Shown here one piece after another: positions 33,042 through 41,795 of a stretch of 64,000 nt of DNA. The position numbers and the translations under genes were made by a program. The notes under the pieces were generated by a model. It ran no database searches. It was given only the letters and a program-made list of their open reading frames with translations, and was not told where the DNA came from. The stretch's first letter is position 1; each line of letters opens with the position of its first letter. Origin of the DNA: an uncultured virus (IMG/VR IMGVR_UViG_3300008267_000028) (Duplodnaviria > Heunggongvirae > Uroviricota > Caudoviricetes); IMG/VR virus record IMGVR_UViG_3300008267_000028. One strand, 5' to 3'.

Positions 33042-34059
33042 ATGAGTCAGGTCAAGTTTGCAGGGACCCGCAAGGGTGGTGAGAAGGTGGCGGTTGTCGG
33101 CGGTTGGGATCGTCCTCTCAGGGAGTTTTTCCTGACGATCTTCGTGGCTGACTCGGAGGACGAGGAGATCGTCTGGTCGGACCTGCTGGCCCCCTCGAAA
33201 CTCAAGCAGGAGGACACCCACTACCTTCGCGGCAAACTCACTGAGTACGGCATCGAGGCTCCCGAGGGCTTTTGGGATCGCGTCGAGCGTCGTGAGGCCA
33301 ATGTCGTCCACGTCAGGCACGAAAAGGGTTGGCAGACCCTCTAGCGGTTGATTTGGGTGGGGTCCGTTTCCTAGTGGAGGTGTCAACCACCCTCGGAGGC
33401 ACCCCATGACCGGCAACACTTTCAAGCTGTTTCACCAGCCGACCAACTCGACCATCTCTTTCACGGTTCACCCCCACGACATGATGGCGGTGGACTTGGA
33501 AGCCAAGGGCAGCCTTTCCAGCAGCTTCATGCCCGTCGAGCAGGCCCGCCTGATCTGGAAGGCGTGGAAGCTGCTGGGCGCTCTCGACCTGCGCCACACC
33601 GCGATCATCAATGATCGCCAGTACAAGGTCGAGAAGGACGGCAGCCTCTCTGTCCGCGTGGTGTTCGACATCTACTCCACCGAGCGTGACTTCAACCTGC
33701 ACGCCCCGCAGGGCTACCGCGTGTCGGGCTGGTCGGCTGTCGATGACTGCGACAACGATCCCGATGATGTCGTGTACGAACTCAAGTTTTCCCCCGTGGA
33801 CGCCTAACCCCACACCACCAAGGAGGTCATCATGCCGTCCCACACCTTCACGCTGTCGAGCGACGATCTTGAAACCCTGCTGATCGCCCTTGGCGAACTG
33901 CACATCAAGGAGAAGCAACGCCTCGACGGGCTTTTGAAGCTGTCCGAGGATGACCGCCTCCACCTCACGGAGGGCACCAAGGCGGCTCTCAGGAAGTGGG
34001 TGGCCTCAATCGACACCCTTCGCGGCACCCTGCGGAACGCCTCGGTCGAGTCCCTCTAG
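33042..34059 (+). CDS. three hypothetical genes (33042-33344, 33406-33807, 33832-34059)
   Basis: Each has an AAGGAG/GGAGG SD. Confidence 0.7.
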
Positions 34060-34060
34060 G

Positions 34061-34351
34061 ATGGGCCTCAACTACCGAAAGCGTATCCGGCTTGGGAAGA
34101 AGTCGAGCGTCAACCTCTCTGGGAGCGGCGTCAGTTTCTCCCAGAAGGTCGGACCCGTCACCTTCAACTCACGGGGCCGTACCACGGTGAGGCTTGCCCG
34201 AGGCTGGTCCTACACGGCGGGAGGATCGGGTGCAGGATGCGGGTGCCTTGTCGGCCTCGTCGTCCTGTTCGTCCTTTTCCGCTTCTTCTGGTTCATCCTC
34301 GGGGCCAGCGTGGTCGCATACATTGTCTGGAAGGTCTGGTCAAAACGATGA
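34061..34351 (+). CDS. DUF4236-like protein with C-terminal TM helices
   Basis: MGLNYRKRIRLG..VNLSGSGVSFS..G..TFNSRG. Confidence 0.75.
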   Translation: MGLNYRKRIRLGKKSSVNLSGSGVSFSQKVGPVTFNSRGRTTVRLARGWSYTAGGSGAGCGCLVGLVVLFVLFRFFWFILGASVVAYIVWKVWSKR

Positions 34352-34566
34352 AAGCCGTCCTGCGCGATCTGAACGCCCTCGGGTTCGACCGCCTGCACCT
34401 TCGGATGCTGCCCGATGGCGTGCTGGATGTCGAAATCCGGCTCTATACGGACCTTGAGGCGTATCAGCACCTCGTCGCCTACTTCAAGGCGCAGGGCTAC
34501 TCCAAACAGCCGGATGCGAACCCTGACCGTCTGCCAGTTCTCAAACTGTCAGATGGAAGTCTGTAG
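34348..34566 (+). CDS. hypothetical protein
   Basis: ATGA overlap with the upstream gene. Confidence 0.6.
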   Translation: MKAVLRDLNALGFDRLHLRMLPDGVLDVEIRLYTDLEAYQHLVAYFKAQGYSKQPDANPDRLPVLKLSDGSL

Positions 34567-35076
34567 GGTCAGGTAGAGTTCGCCCTTCTGATTGGGCGTC
34601 GGACTCTGCACGACGCTGCCAACGTAGTAGCCGTTGGCACCACGGGGGTCCGCAGAAGCCGTCCACTCGTCCTCGATGGTCCAGTAGCCTCGGAGGCTGA
34701 ACAACACCCGCTGCCCCACCGTGTAGGTCAGGGGTACGAGCGGGCCGCCGCCGTTTCGGGACGCCCAAGTGAACTGCTCGAAGGTGCGGGTCATCATCAG
34801 CCACCCGCCAAGGCACAACGTCGCATACCCGTAGGTGGGCTGCTGCTCCTCCGTGGAGATGAAGCGGTCGGAAGTCTCGTGGGACCCCCACAGCACAAAG
34901 CCGCCGTAGAGTCCGTCCGAGTAGGTGACAAGGAACTCGTCGCGGGTCGAGTCAGCCCATTGAACGGCTTGTCCACCTCGCCAGCCACCGGCCCTCATGG
35001 CCTCCGACACCAACACGGTGTAGGAGTCGCCCTTGAAAAGGGTCACGCAATCTCTGGTTCTGGCGAGTTCCGGCAT
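34549..35076 (-). CDS. beta-rich hypothetical protein (possible virion/decoration protein)
   Basis: 175-aa ORF rich in G, T and aromatic residues; function is inference. Confidence 0.6.
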   Translation of the reverse strand: MPELARTRDCVTLFKGDSYTVLVSEAMRAGGWRGGQAVQWADSTRDEFLVTYSDGLYGGFVLWGSHETSDRFISTEEQQPTYGYATLCLGGWLMMTRTFEQFTWASRNGGGPLVPLTYTVGQRVLFSLRGYWTIEDEWTASADPRGANGYYVGSVVQSPTPNQKGELYLTLQTSI

Positions 35077-35090
35077 AACTAGGCGGCCCC

Positions 35091-35552
35091 TTAGAAGGAT
35101 TCTTCGGCCAGCCTATCGTAAGCGGTACGGCTCCGGGGGAACGACTGTTTGACGAGCGTGACGAGCCGCTCGCACTTCTCACGGTCCAAGTCGCCAATCG
35201 TCTTGGTGTCGATGATGCCAAGGCGGGTAGTCATCCACAGGTACGCCGCAGCCCTTGTCATCGGCGCATCCTCCCCCTGCCACAGGTGGTCGAAGGTCTG
35301 GTGGGCAAGCCGTCGCCACTTGCGCGTCTCGGCGTCCGCTGCAATCCCGTGGGGGCTGCCGTCCTTGTTGGCCGTCAGGTACCCTCGGCACTCGGACCTA
35401 CAACATCCGTAATAGAGGCCGTAGGTCTTGGACTCGCGGAGTACCAAGACGCCGCCCTCGCAGTCGGGGCACCGCAGACCAAACCGCTCACACGGGGCGA
35501 TCCGTGTCGGCCACTCGTCCTCAAGGGAGATCGTTTCAACGCTGCTCTGCAT
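35091..35552 (-). CDS. DUF3268-like zinc-finger protein with C-terminal YxRL tag
   Basis: CPDC..YYGC..C...PHGIAADAETRKWRRLAHQTFDHLW..R..AYLWM...IG. Confidence 0.8.
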   Translation of the reverse strand: MQSSVETISLEDEWPTRIAPCERFGLRCPDCEGGVLVLRESKTYGLYYGCCRSECRGYLTANKDGSPHGIAADAETRKWRRLAHQTFDHLWQGEDAPMTRAAAYLWMTTRLGIIDTKTIGDLDREKCERLVTLVKQSFPRSRTAYDRLAEESF

Positions 35553-35561
35553 ACCCCGTTC

Positions 35562-36446
35562 TTACACCGCCGACGGGGCGAGCCTGGCTGAAATCTGCTC
35601 CGCAAGTCGAGGGTTCATGCGCCGCAAAAGGCTGGTCTTGTGGGCGTCCATGCCAACGAGGACCGCCAACGGAATCTCCATCGCGGAGGCCCACCGCTCC
35701 TGACACGCCAGCACCCCGTTGAGCAATCGAAGCCTATGCCGGTCGCCGTTACGGCACGCACTCTCAAGATCGTCAAAGACCATGACGGTCTTTTGGATCA
35801 CACCGTTCTGCTCTGCGAGAGTCAGAAAAAATAGCAGGGTGTTGACGCACTCGGTGTCGTTCTGTGGCTGTCGGTAACTCCCAACTCTGGGGTTCTGCGA
35901 GGCCGAAACAACTTCCTGCTGGGCGTCCGTCAACGCAAGTCCCTGCATCCAATCCGTCAGAGTGTTTCGGATGGCGACCGCATCTTCCTTGGATGCTCCC
36001 TCTCGGACGCGGAACCGCCACTCGAAGAACAACCTGGCCGCATCAAAGGTCAAAGACGTCCCGCGAGCCGCCATGCTCCGCAGGGGTTCCTCGACAACAA
36101 CCTCGTCCAAGGCGGCGAGCCGACTCAGCCACTCCCAAGGTTCGTCCCGAGAGGACATCCGCTGGGCAAACCCCATGAGCGCCTCGACGGGCGTTGTCCG
36201 CAGCCACTCTCGGGTCAACTGCTGGTTGACCGTCCAAGGGCCATCCGACAAGTCTCGGTAGAGGGCTGCCCGCTCCTGTACGGTGGGTCCCGTCAGACAG
36301 AGCCAATCTCGCCTGTCGGTACCAAACCCTCCCAGCCAATCGGCTGCAAGGGTGGCGTCTGAGGTCGGGCTTGTGGGCTTGAGTCGCGGGGCCGACAGGA
36401 CTAGCCCCAACGCACGCCAATCGTCCATGAAGTCCGTCTTAGTCAT
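35562..36446 (-). CDS. hypothetical protein, possibly a degenerate BrxD/DUF2791-like ATPase
   Basis: Walker-B-like VMVFDDLE; no intact Walker A. Confidence 0.5.
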   Translation of the reverse strand: MTKTDFMDDWRALGLVLSAPRLKPTSPTSDATLAADWLGGFGTDRRDWLCLTGPTVQERAALYRDLSDGPWTVNQQLTREWLRTTPVEALMGFAQRMSSRDEPWEWLSRLAALDEVVVEEPLRSMAARGTSLTFDAARLFFEWRFRVREGASKEDAVAIRNTLTDWMQGLALTDAQQEVVSASQNPRVGSYRQPQNDTECVNTLLFFLTLAEQNGVIQKTVMVFDDLESACRNGDRHRLRLLNGVLACQERWASAMEIPLAVLVGMDAHKTSLLRRMNPRLAEQISARLAPSAV

Positions 36447-36948
36447 CGCGGAGGATCGGGGAGAGAGGGATGAGGGTCGGCAGCACCCAATCGGGCAAGT
36501 CCTGCTCACGCTCGAACCCAAACGCCACCCAATGGTCAGGGGGCGTCGTCGCCACGTTCAATCGACTCCCCAACAGAACGTGGCGGTAGGCGTTGGCGAT
36601 CAGCTTGGCCTTCGCCACGCCGTACTCGCGGTTCACCTTTGCTTGGTGCTTGCAGATGTCGAACATCCGTGCAGCGATGTTCTTCAACTGCTGCGCGGCC
36701 CACCCTTCAAGGCTTGGCGGCACAAACAGATAGACGTTCGGCATCTTGTGGTCAGACGGCACGAACGTCTGTTCGAGTGCCAGCACAAAGACCGCCTCAA
36801 AGAGTTTGGCCTCCTGCTCGGGCGTCATGCCAATGGCCGCTGTAAAGCCACGCTTCTTCGGCGCGGCCTCGTACAACTCCAGATGGTAGAAGGTTGGCTC
36901 ACAGTTGAGGAGTTGCTGGTGCCGCAGGGTCAGTTTCTCTTTCATCAT
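36439..36948 (-). CDS. hypothetical protein
   Basis: ATG 10 nt after a GGTGTA box. Confidence 0.7.
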   Translation of the reverse strand: MMKEKLTLRHQQLLNCEPTFYHLELYEAAPKKRGFTAAIGMTPEQEAKLFEAVFVLALEQTFVPSDHKMPNVYLFVPPSLEGWAAQQLKNIAARMFDICKHQAKVNREYGVAKAKLIANAYRHVLLGSRLNVATTPPDHWVAFGFEREQDLPDWVLPTLIPLSPILRDD

Positions 36949-37022
36949 ACCCCCCTCTTACACCGTTTTGGTGTAAGGGACCGCTTGAAACCGAACGGCC
37001 CAGATCAGAAGGAAACCCCCCT

Positions 37023-37613
37023 ATGGAACCCATCACAAACTGGCTCGTCGCCTTCATGCTCGCCCACGCGCCCACCACGGTACCGTCTGAACTCGACCGC
37101 TACCACGAGATCGCTCAAGACATCGTGGGGGTAGTTTCCGACACCGCACCTCTTTACGAGGGACGGGACGCCCGAGTACGAACCGCAGGTCTGCTGGCCT
37201 CCATCATGTGGCACGAGAGCGGCTTCAAGGCCGAGGTCGATCACGGTGGGTATGGACGCCGGAACGTCTGCCTCATGCAAGTCGGCGTCGGGCGTGGCCG
37301 TACTCAGGAAGGCTGGTCGGCCTCCGACCTCATCCGGCACCGTAGGCATTGTGTGGAGGCGGGGCTAAGGATTGCCCGTCAGTCCTTTGAGGCTTGTCGG
37401 GGGTTGCCCGAGAGCGGTCGCCTGCGAGCCTATGTGTCAGGTTCATGTCGTCGGGGCCAGCGACCCAGCCTCCTCAGAGTCCAGACCGCCAAGGCTTGGT
37501 ACACTCGGCAGAGGCCGACTTTTGATGATAAAGTATTCCTAGAACCGTCCTCGATGGTGTGGGACAAAAATCAACCCGTCGTCCCGTGGGGCGACTCCGA
37601 CAAGGTGAACTAG
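37023..37613 (+). CDS. lytic transglycosylase (SLT/lysozyme-like) protein
   Basis: LASIMWHESGF (catalytic Glu-Ser), CLMQV, LRAY motifs. Confidence 0.7.
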   Translation: MEPITNWLVAFMLAHAPTTVPSELDRYHEIAQDIVGVVSDTAPLYEGRDARVRTAGLLASIMWHESGFKAEVDHGGYGRRNVCLMQVGVGRGRTQEGWSASDLIRHRRHCVEAGLRIARQSFEACRGLPESGRLRAYVSGSCRRGQRPSLLRVQTAKAWYTRQRPTFDDKVFLEPSSMVWDKNQPVVPWGDSDKVN

Positions 37614-37614
37614 C

Positions 37615-38019
37615 ATGAGCATCACAAAGGATGAGTTGGCCGCTCTCAAGCATCGAGTGAGCCAAGCGTACCACTCTGGTTACCGTATCGCCAACCCCGA
37701 GGACTATGTGGCGAAGTTGGGCGGCGGTAAGGCTCCCGAGGGTGTGGTGTCCTTCTCGGCCGAACACGTCCTCTATCTCATCGAGGAGTACGAGGCGAAG
37801 GCTGCCGCTCCGACCGCGCCCGTCATCGTGGAGGCTGCGCCGGTCATTGAGCCGGTCATCGCAACCCACGAGCCTATCGTGGAAGCTGCCCCCGCTGTGG
37901 AGGTCACGCCCGTCGTCGAGGAGGCTGTGGTGGTTGCCGAGGCTGTCGTCGAGGCCGTCGTCGAGGAGGCCGTTGCCGTCGAGGCCACCTCCTCCAAGAA
38001 GTCCAAGAAGAAGGCGTAG
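37615..38019 (+). CDS. hypothetical protein with acidic V/E/A-rich tail
   Basis: Coupled ORF with low-complexity C-terminus. Confidence 0.7.
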   Translation: MSITKDELAALKHRVSQAYHSGYRIANPEDYVAKLGGGKAPEGVVSFSAEHVLYLIEEYEAKAAAPTAPVIVEAAPVIEPVIATHEPIVEAAPAVEVTPVVEEAVVVAEAVVEAVVEEAVAVEATSSKKSKKKA

Positions 38020-38038
38020 AGAAAACGGTGGTCCAATC

Positions 38039-38785
38039 CTACGGGCGAAGGTGTTGCAGCATGGCTGCCGCCTTCGCCCTTAGTTCATCAAGGGTGCCAT
38101 CGTTCTCGATGATGTAGTCAAAGGCAGAGTCAGGGATGCCCCCTTGTTCGACCTCGCTGGCGTGCATCCCTGCCGATCCCTGTAGGCCCGCCCCTGGTCG
38201 CCTTAGCCGAACCACCTTGCCACCGGCCGCCCGTATGCCATCGACCTCGTTGCGGAACCTCACGTCGGGGATCGCTACCCCCTTGGACATACCCCACGGG
38301 CCAAGGGGCTTGTAGGAAAGCCCGTCTCTGCGGTTGTAATGCGGCACGGAACCGTCGTCAGGGTCCACGAGAAGCTGTTGGGCGGTCCTCATCGCGTACT
38401 CAACCCAGACGTTGTAGTAGCAATCGCGGCCCCACTCGGTACCAAGTCGCTGCAACGCATAGCGCGGTGACAGGTACTCCTCGGGTGGCCTCTTGGCCCA
38501 CTCCTGCACAGACGTCGGTACTTTCTCGGGAACTGCCGACGAATTTGCCACGATGTCTTTGGCCCGCTGTACGGTGGGGTCTGTGCGTGGGTAACGAGCA
38601 TCGGGCGCGTTCCTCGACTGACTCGGCCCCCACAGTTGCTCGTCCGTGAAGGCAAAGACCTCTCGACAGATGCGCTTGAGGGGGTCGGCAAGGCTCATGA
38701 TCGTGAAGCCATGCTCCTCGACGAGGAACCCTGCAAGCGTGTCCTTGCCGCTGTTAGACAACCCAGAGATGCCAACAATCATCAC
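38039..38785 (-). CDS. deoxynucleoside monophosphate kinase
   Basis: GISGLSNSGKDT P-loop, SLADPLK, PRYALQRLGTEWGR, IPDVRFRNE, HASE. Confidence 0.92.
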   Translation of the reverse strand: MMIVGISGLSNSGKDTLAGFLVEEHGFTIMSLADPLKRICREVFAFTDEQLWGPSQSRNAPDARYPRTDPTVQRAKDIVANSSAVPEKVPTSVQEWAKRPPEEYLSPRYALQRLGTEWGRDCYYNVWVEYAMRTAQQLLVDPDDGSVPHYNRRDGLSYKPLGPWGMSKGVAIPDVRFRNEVDGIRAAGGKVVRLRRPGAGLQGSAGMHASEVEQGGIPDSAFDYIIENDGTLDELRAKAAAMLQHLRP

Positions 38786-38829
38786 CGTACCTCGATGTGG
38801 TTACTTGGCGCTCTCTTACACCATGACGC

Positions 38830-38863
38830 AAAAAGGGCGACGGGATTTCTCCCGCCGCCCCTT
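38830..38863 (-). terminator. intrinsic terminator
   Basis: Minus strand GGGCGGCGGG-AGAAAT-CCCGTCGCCC followed by TTTTT. Confidence 0.7.
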
Positions 38864-38880
38864 CATTGGAAAATCTCGGG

Positions 38881-39318
38881 TTACTTGACCGTCGCAACCT
38901 GTCGGAGGACGTCGATGCCCTTCTCGATGAGTTCGGGGGGCAGGTCCTCTTCGGCCACAACGTCGCAGTAGAAGTGCATGATGATGGCCCCGTTCACGGC
39001 CTCCAAGCGATCCTTGGCCGACCGCGAGTAGTCGTTACCCACGATCAGTTGCTCCATGCCCGACGGATTCAGAAGTTGCTGGTCGGCCTTCTCCATCTCC
39101 TGCGCCATGTCGGATGCGGCAAACCCAGCCCTGCGACCCGCATTTTTCCACGCCGAGTCGATGTCTCGTGCGTCCGTCGTTTCCGTCACGTCCAGCCGGT
39201 GCGTGAAGTGTAGGAGGATGAGTCGGGGCGACTTCTTGTTGACCTCAACGGTCAACTCAGGGCCGCGAGCCACTTTCCAGAGAGCGAGGACTTTGCTGGG
39301 TGTCGTCATGCTTTCCAT
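38881..39318 (-). CDS. hypothetical protein
   Basis: ORF; begins KVLALWKVA. Confidence 0.7.
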   Translation of the reverse strand: MESMTTPSKVLALWKVARGPELTVEVNKKSPRLILLHFTHRLDVTETTDARDIDSAWKNAGRRAGFAASDMAQEMEKADQQLLNPSGMEQLIVGNDYSRSAKDRLEAVNGAIIMHFYCDVVAEEDLPPELIEKGIDVLRQVATVK

Positions 39319-39376
39319 GTCTCATCAAAGGATTAGGCAGGGGCGACCCACGCGGAGCCGCCCCTGCCACACCCCG

Positions 39377-41719
39377 CTAAATCTTGACCTCGACCTCTCG
39401 CATCTCGGCCTTGCACTCGATGGCCTGTCCATCGACAGTGAGCGTCATGGTGTTCTCGTCCAGAGACTTGAACTCGGTGAACCACGTCTGGCCGACCACG
39501 AGCGTCATGATGTCCTCTGCGATCTCACGCTGGAGCCTGCGAGCCGTCGTGGAGGCCGCCTTCGCCTCCCCGTCTAGCCACGCCTCAAAGAGCGCGTTCT
39601 GGTCCGAGGCACCCTTGTAGGCGTCGGAAGCCTGGAAGGTATCGACCGCCTCGATGGCCGTCCGCATGAGAGCCGTCGGAGCGTTGACCTTGCCCTTGGC
39701 GATGTTCTCGCGGGCGACCTTGAGGGTCGGCAGCGACGACAGCCCCTTGAGGCTGACCTTCAACTCCTTGCCGATGTAGAAGTCGGTGGACTCGGCCTGC
39801 ACGGCCTTCGGAGAGAACCCCGAGTAGTCGGTGAAGCCCTGCTCCTTGAGCCACGCCGTCCCCTCGTCGCCGTACAGGGCGGCGAACCCTTCGGCCTTGC
39901 GGGGGAACAGTTCCTTCTTGATGGAGTTATAGACCTTGGCGACCGCCTGCGCCCGCGTCAGCGCGTACTGCCGCTCGAAGAACGCCTTGGCCGACACCTC
40001 TCCGACCATCTGACGGTTGATGACCGGCAACTTGTCGAGGTGAACCAGCACGATCTGCCGGTCACCGTCCTGCTCGAAGGTGAAGAAGTCCGTGGAGGCG
40101 CGACCCTCCTTGACGGCATCGGCCATCTTTGCCCGCGTGGCGTCGGAGAGAAGGCAAGGCAGCACCCCGACGTTCACGATGCCATCCTTGACGATGGTGT
40201 AGTTGCGGTACACAAAGGTCTGGAAGGTGGTAGGGATGCCGTGCGCGGGGTTACGCCCCGACAGGTCCACGGTGCCAGCCTTCTTGACCAACACGCTGAT
40301 GTTGGGCCTCTCCTCGTTGTAGGTGAGGTTGGTGACCGCGTAGCCGTTAGGGGCTGCGTCGGCCACAAACTTCAACGCCTCACCCTTCGCGGACAGGGCT
40401 GCAATCTGTCCCGCCAACTCAGCGATCTTCTTGGCGTCCTTAGTCTGGGTCATCTCGGTGGTGAGCCGTGCGACCTCGGCCTGCTCATCCTCGGTGAGGA
40501 CCTGCGAGGCGTCCACTCGACCACGCCCGATCCGCTGGTACTGGAAGGCAGGGTGATCCAGCAGGACTCGGTTGGAGTCATCCGCGACCAACCCCCGCAG
40601 GAACTCGACGACCGTGAAGGCGTCCTCACGGGGAACCTTGGTGGAGTCCTGACCCTTGGTGAACCGCTTGGAGGCGTCGAAGGCCGCAGCCTTCGCGGCG
40701 TCCATAAACGCCGAGTACGCCTGCTTGCCAAAGAGGCCGCCGAACTGCTCGATGAACGCAACGTCGCCGTTGGCCCGCAGCAGGGACAGCACAACGTCGG
40801 GCTTCATGCGGACAGCGTAGAGGCTCAACGCCGCATAGGCGGCCCGCACACCCTCGTTGTCAGCCTTGGCCTTCGAGTGGTCCGCAAGTGCGCCGCCGTC
40901 CGTTCCAACGGGCGTCGGGTTCAAGAACCAGATGCCGCCCGACAGAGCCTCGGGAACCAGCACCTTACCGGCAGCGACCTCGAAGGTCACAAGGTCGCCG
41001 TCCACAAGGGCGTAGGCGAAGTTCCCCACCGCGTCACCCTTGACCTCGACCTCGACCCGCTTGCCTCCCATGATCCGCTTCGCCATCGCGGCCTCAAAGA
41101 CCGGCTGGTAGGAGTCAAAGTCCTTGGCGAAGATGAGGGAGCCACCGGCCTTCTCGGCCATAGCGGTCAGCGTGGGCCGGTCAGCGTAGTAGCCGTACTC
41201 CACAAACGTCGAACTCGCCAGATGCCCAGCGGCCTTCTCGACGGCTCCGAGGATGTCGGCCCGTGACCACTGGTTGTCGTGACCGTCCGACATGAAGAAC
41301 AGGCTAAAGACGGAGCCAGGGCGAGCCTTGCCGATCTTCTCGACGAGGGTGACGACCTCCTGCATCGGCTCCTTGAAGCCCGTCAGCCCCACCGGCTTGA
41401 GCCAGCGGTCGATGGCCTTCTCGACCCCCTGTAGGTCTGCGAGGGTCGAGACAGGCTCGTTCTCCAGCAGGGTGCCAAACTGCCCCTTCCCCGAGAACCA
41501 GACGATGGAGAGCGTGTCCTGCTCCGCGAGCAACTTCGGCAGCTTCTTCTTCAACTGCTCCCTGATGGCGGGCAGTTCCCCGCTCATGCTGCCAGAGCAG
41601 TCGATGACGACGAGGTGGTTGGTCGGGCTGGGAACGTCCTTGGCGACTGCCTTGACGTCAAGTCCCTGATTCACGAGGTAGAGCCGATCCGCGATCTTGT
41701 GATGCTGCACGTTTGCCAT
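39377..41719 (-). CDS. von Willebrand factor A domain protein (780 aa)
   Basis: VVIDCSGSMS MIDAS motif, FFMSDG; AAGGAGG SD. Confidence 0.9.
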   Translation of the reverse strand: MANVQHHKIADRLYLVNQGLDVKAVAKDVPSPTNHLVVIDCSGSMSGELPAIREQLKKKLPKLLAEQDTLSIVWFSGKGQFGTLLENEPVSTLADLQGVEKAIDRWLKPVGLTGFKEPMQEVVTLVEKIGKARPGSVFSLFFMSDGHDNQWSRADILGAVEKAAGHLASSTFVEYGYYADRPTLTAMAEKAGGSLIFAKDFDSYQPVFEAAMAKRIMGGKRVEVEVKGDAVGNFAYALVDGDLVTFEVAAGKVLVPEALSGGIWFLNPTPVGTDGGALADHSKAKADNEGVRAAYAALSLYAVRMKPDVVLSLLRANGDVAFIEQFGGLFGKQAYSAFMDAAKAAAFDASKRFTKGQDSTKVPREDAFTVVEFLRGLVADDSNRVLLDHPAFQYQRIGRGRVDASQVLTEDEQAEVARLTTEMTQTKDAKKIAELAGQIAALSAKGEALKFVADAAPNGYAVTNLTYNEERPNISVLVKKAGTVDLSGRNPAHGIPTTFQTFVYRNYTIVKDGIVNVGVLPCLLSDATRAKMADAVKEGRASTDFFTFEQDGDRQIVLVHLDKLPVINRQMVGEVSAKAFFERQYALTRAQAVAKVYNSIKKELFPRKAEGFAALYGDEGTAWLKEQGFTDYSGFSPKAVQAESTDFYIGKELKVSLKGLSSLPTLKVARENIAKGKVNAPTALMRTAIEAVDTFQASDAYKGASDQNALFEAWLDGEAKAASTTARRLQREIAEDIMTLVVGQTWFTEFKSLDENTMTLTVDGQAIECKAEMREVEVKI

Positions 41720-41795
41720 GTGGTGCCTCCTTGGCCCCTCTTACACCGACGCCCACGGCGACCCCGGCAAAATCTTTCAATGCTGCGACTAGGGT

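Noticed and set aside
40040..41266. 408-aa plus-strand ORF
   Set aside because: Antisense shadow of the vWA gene.
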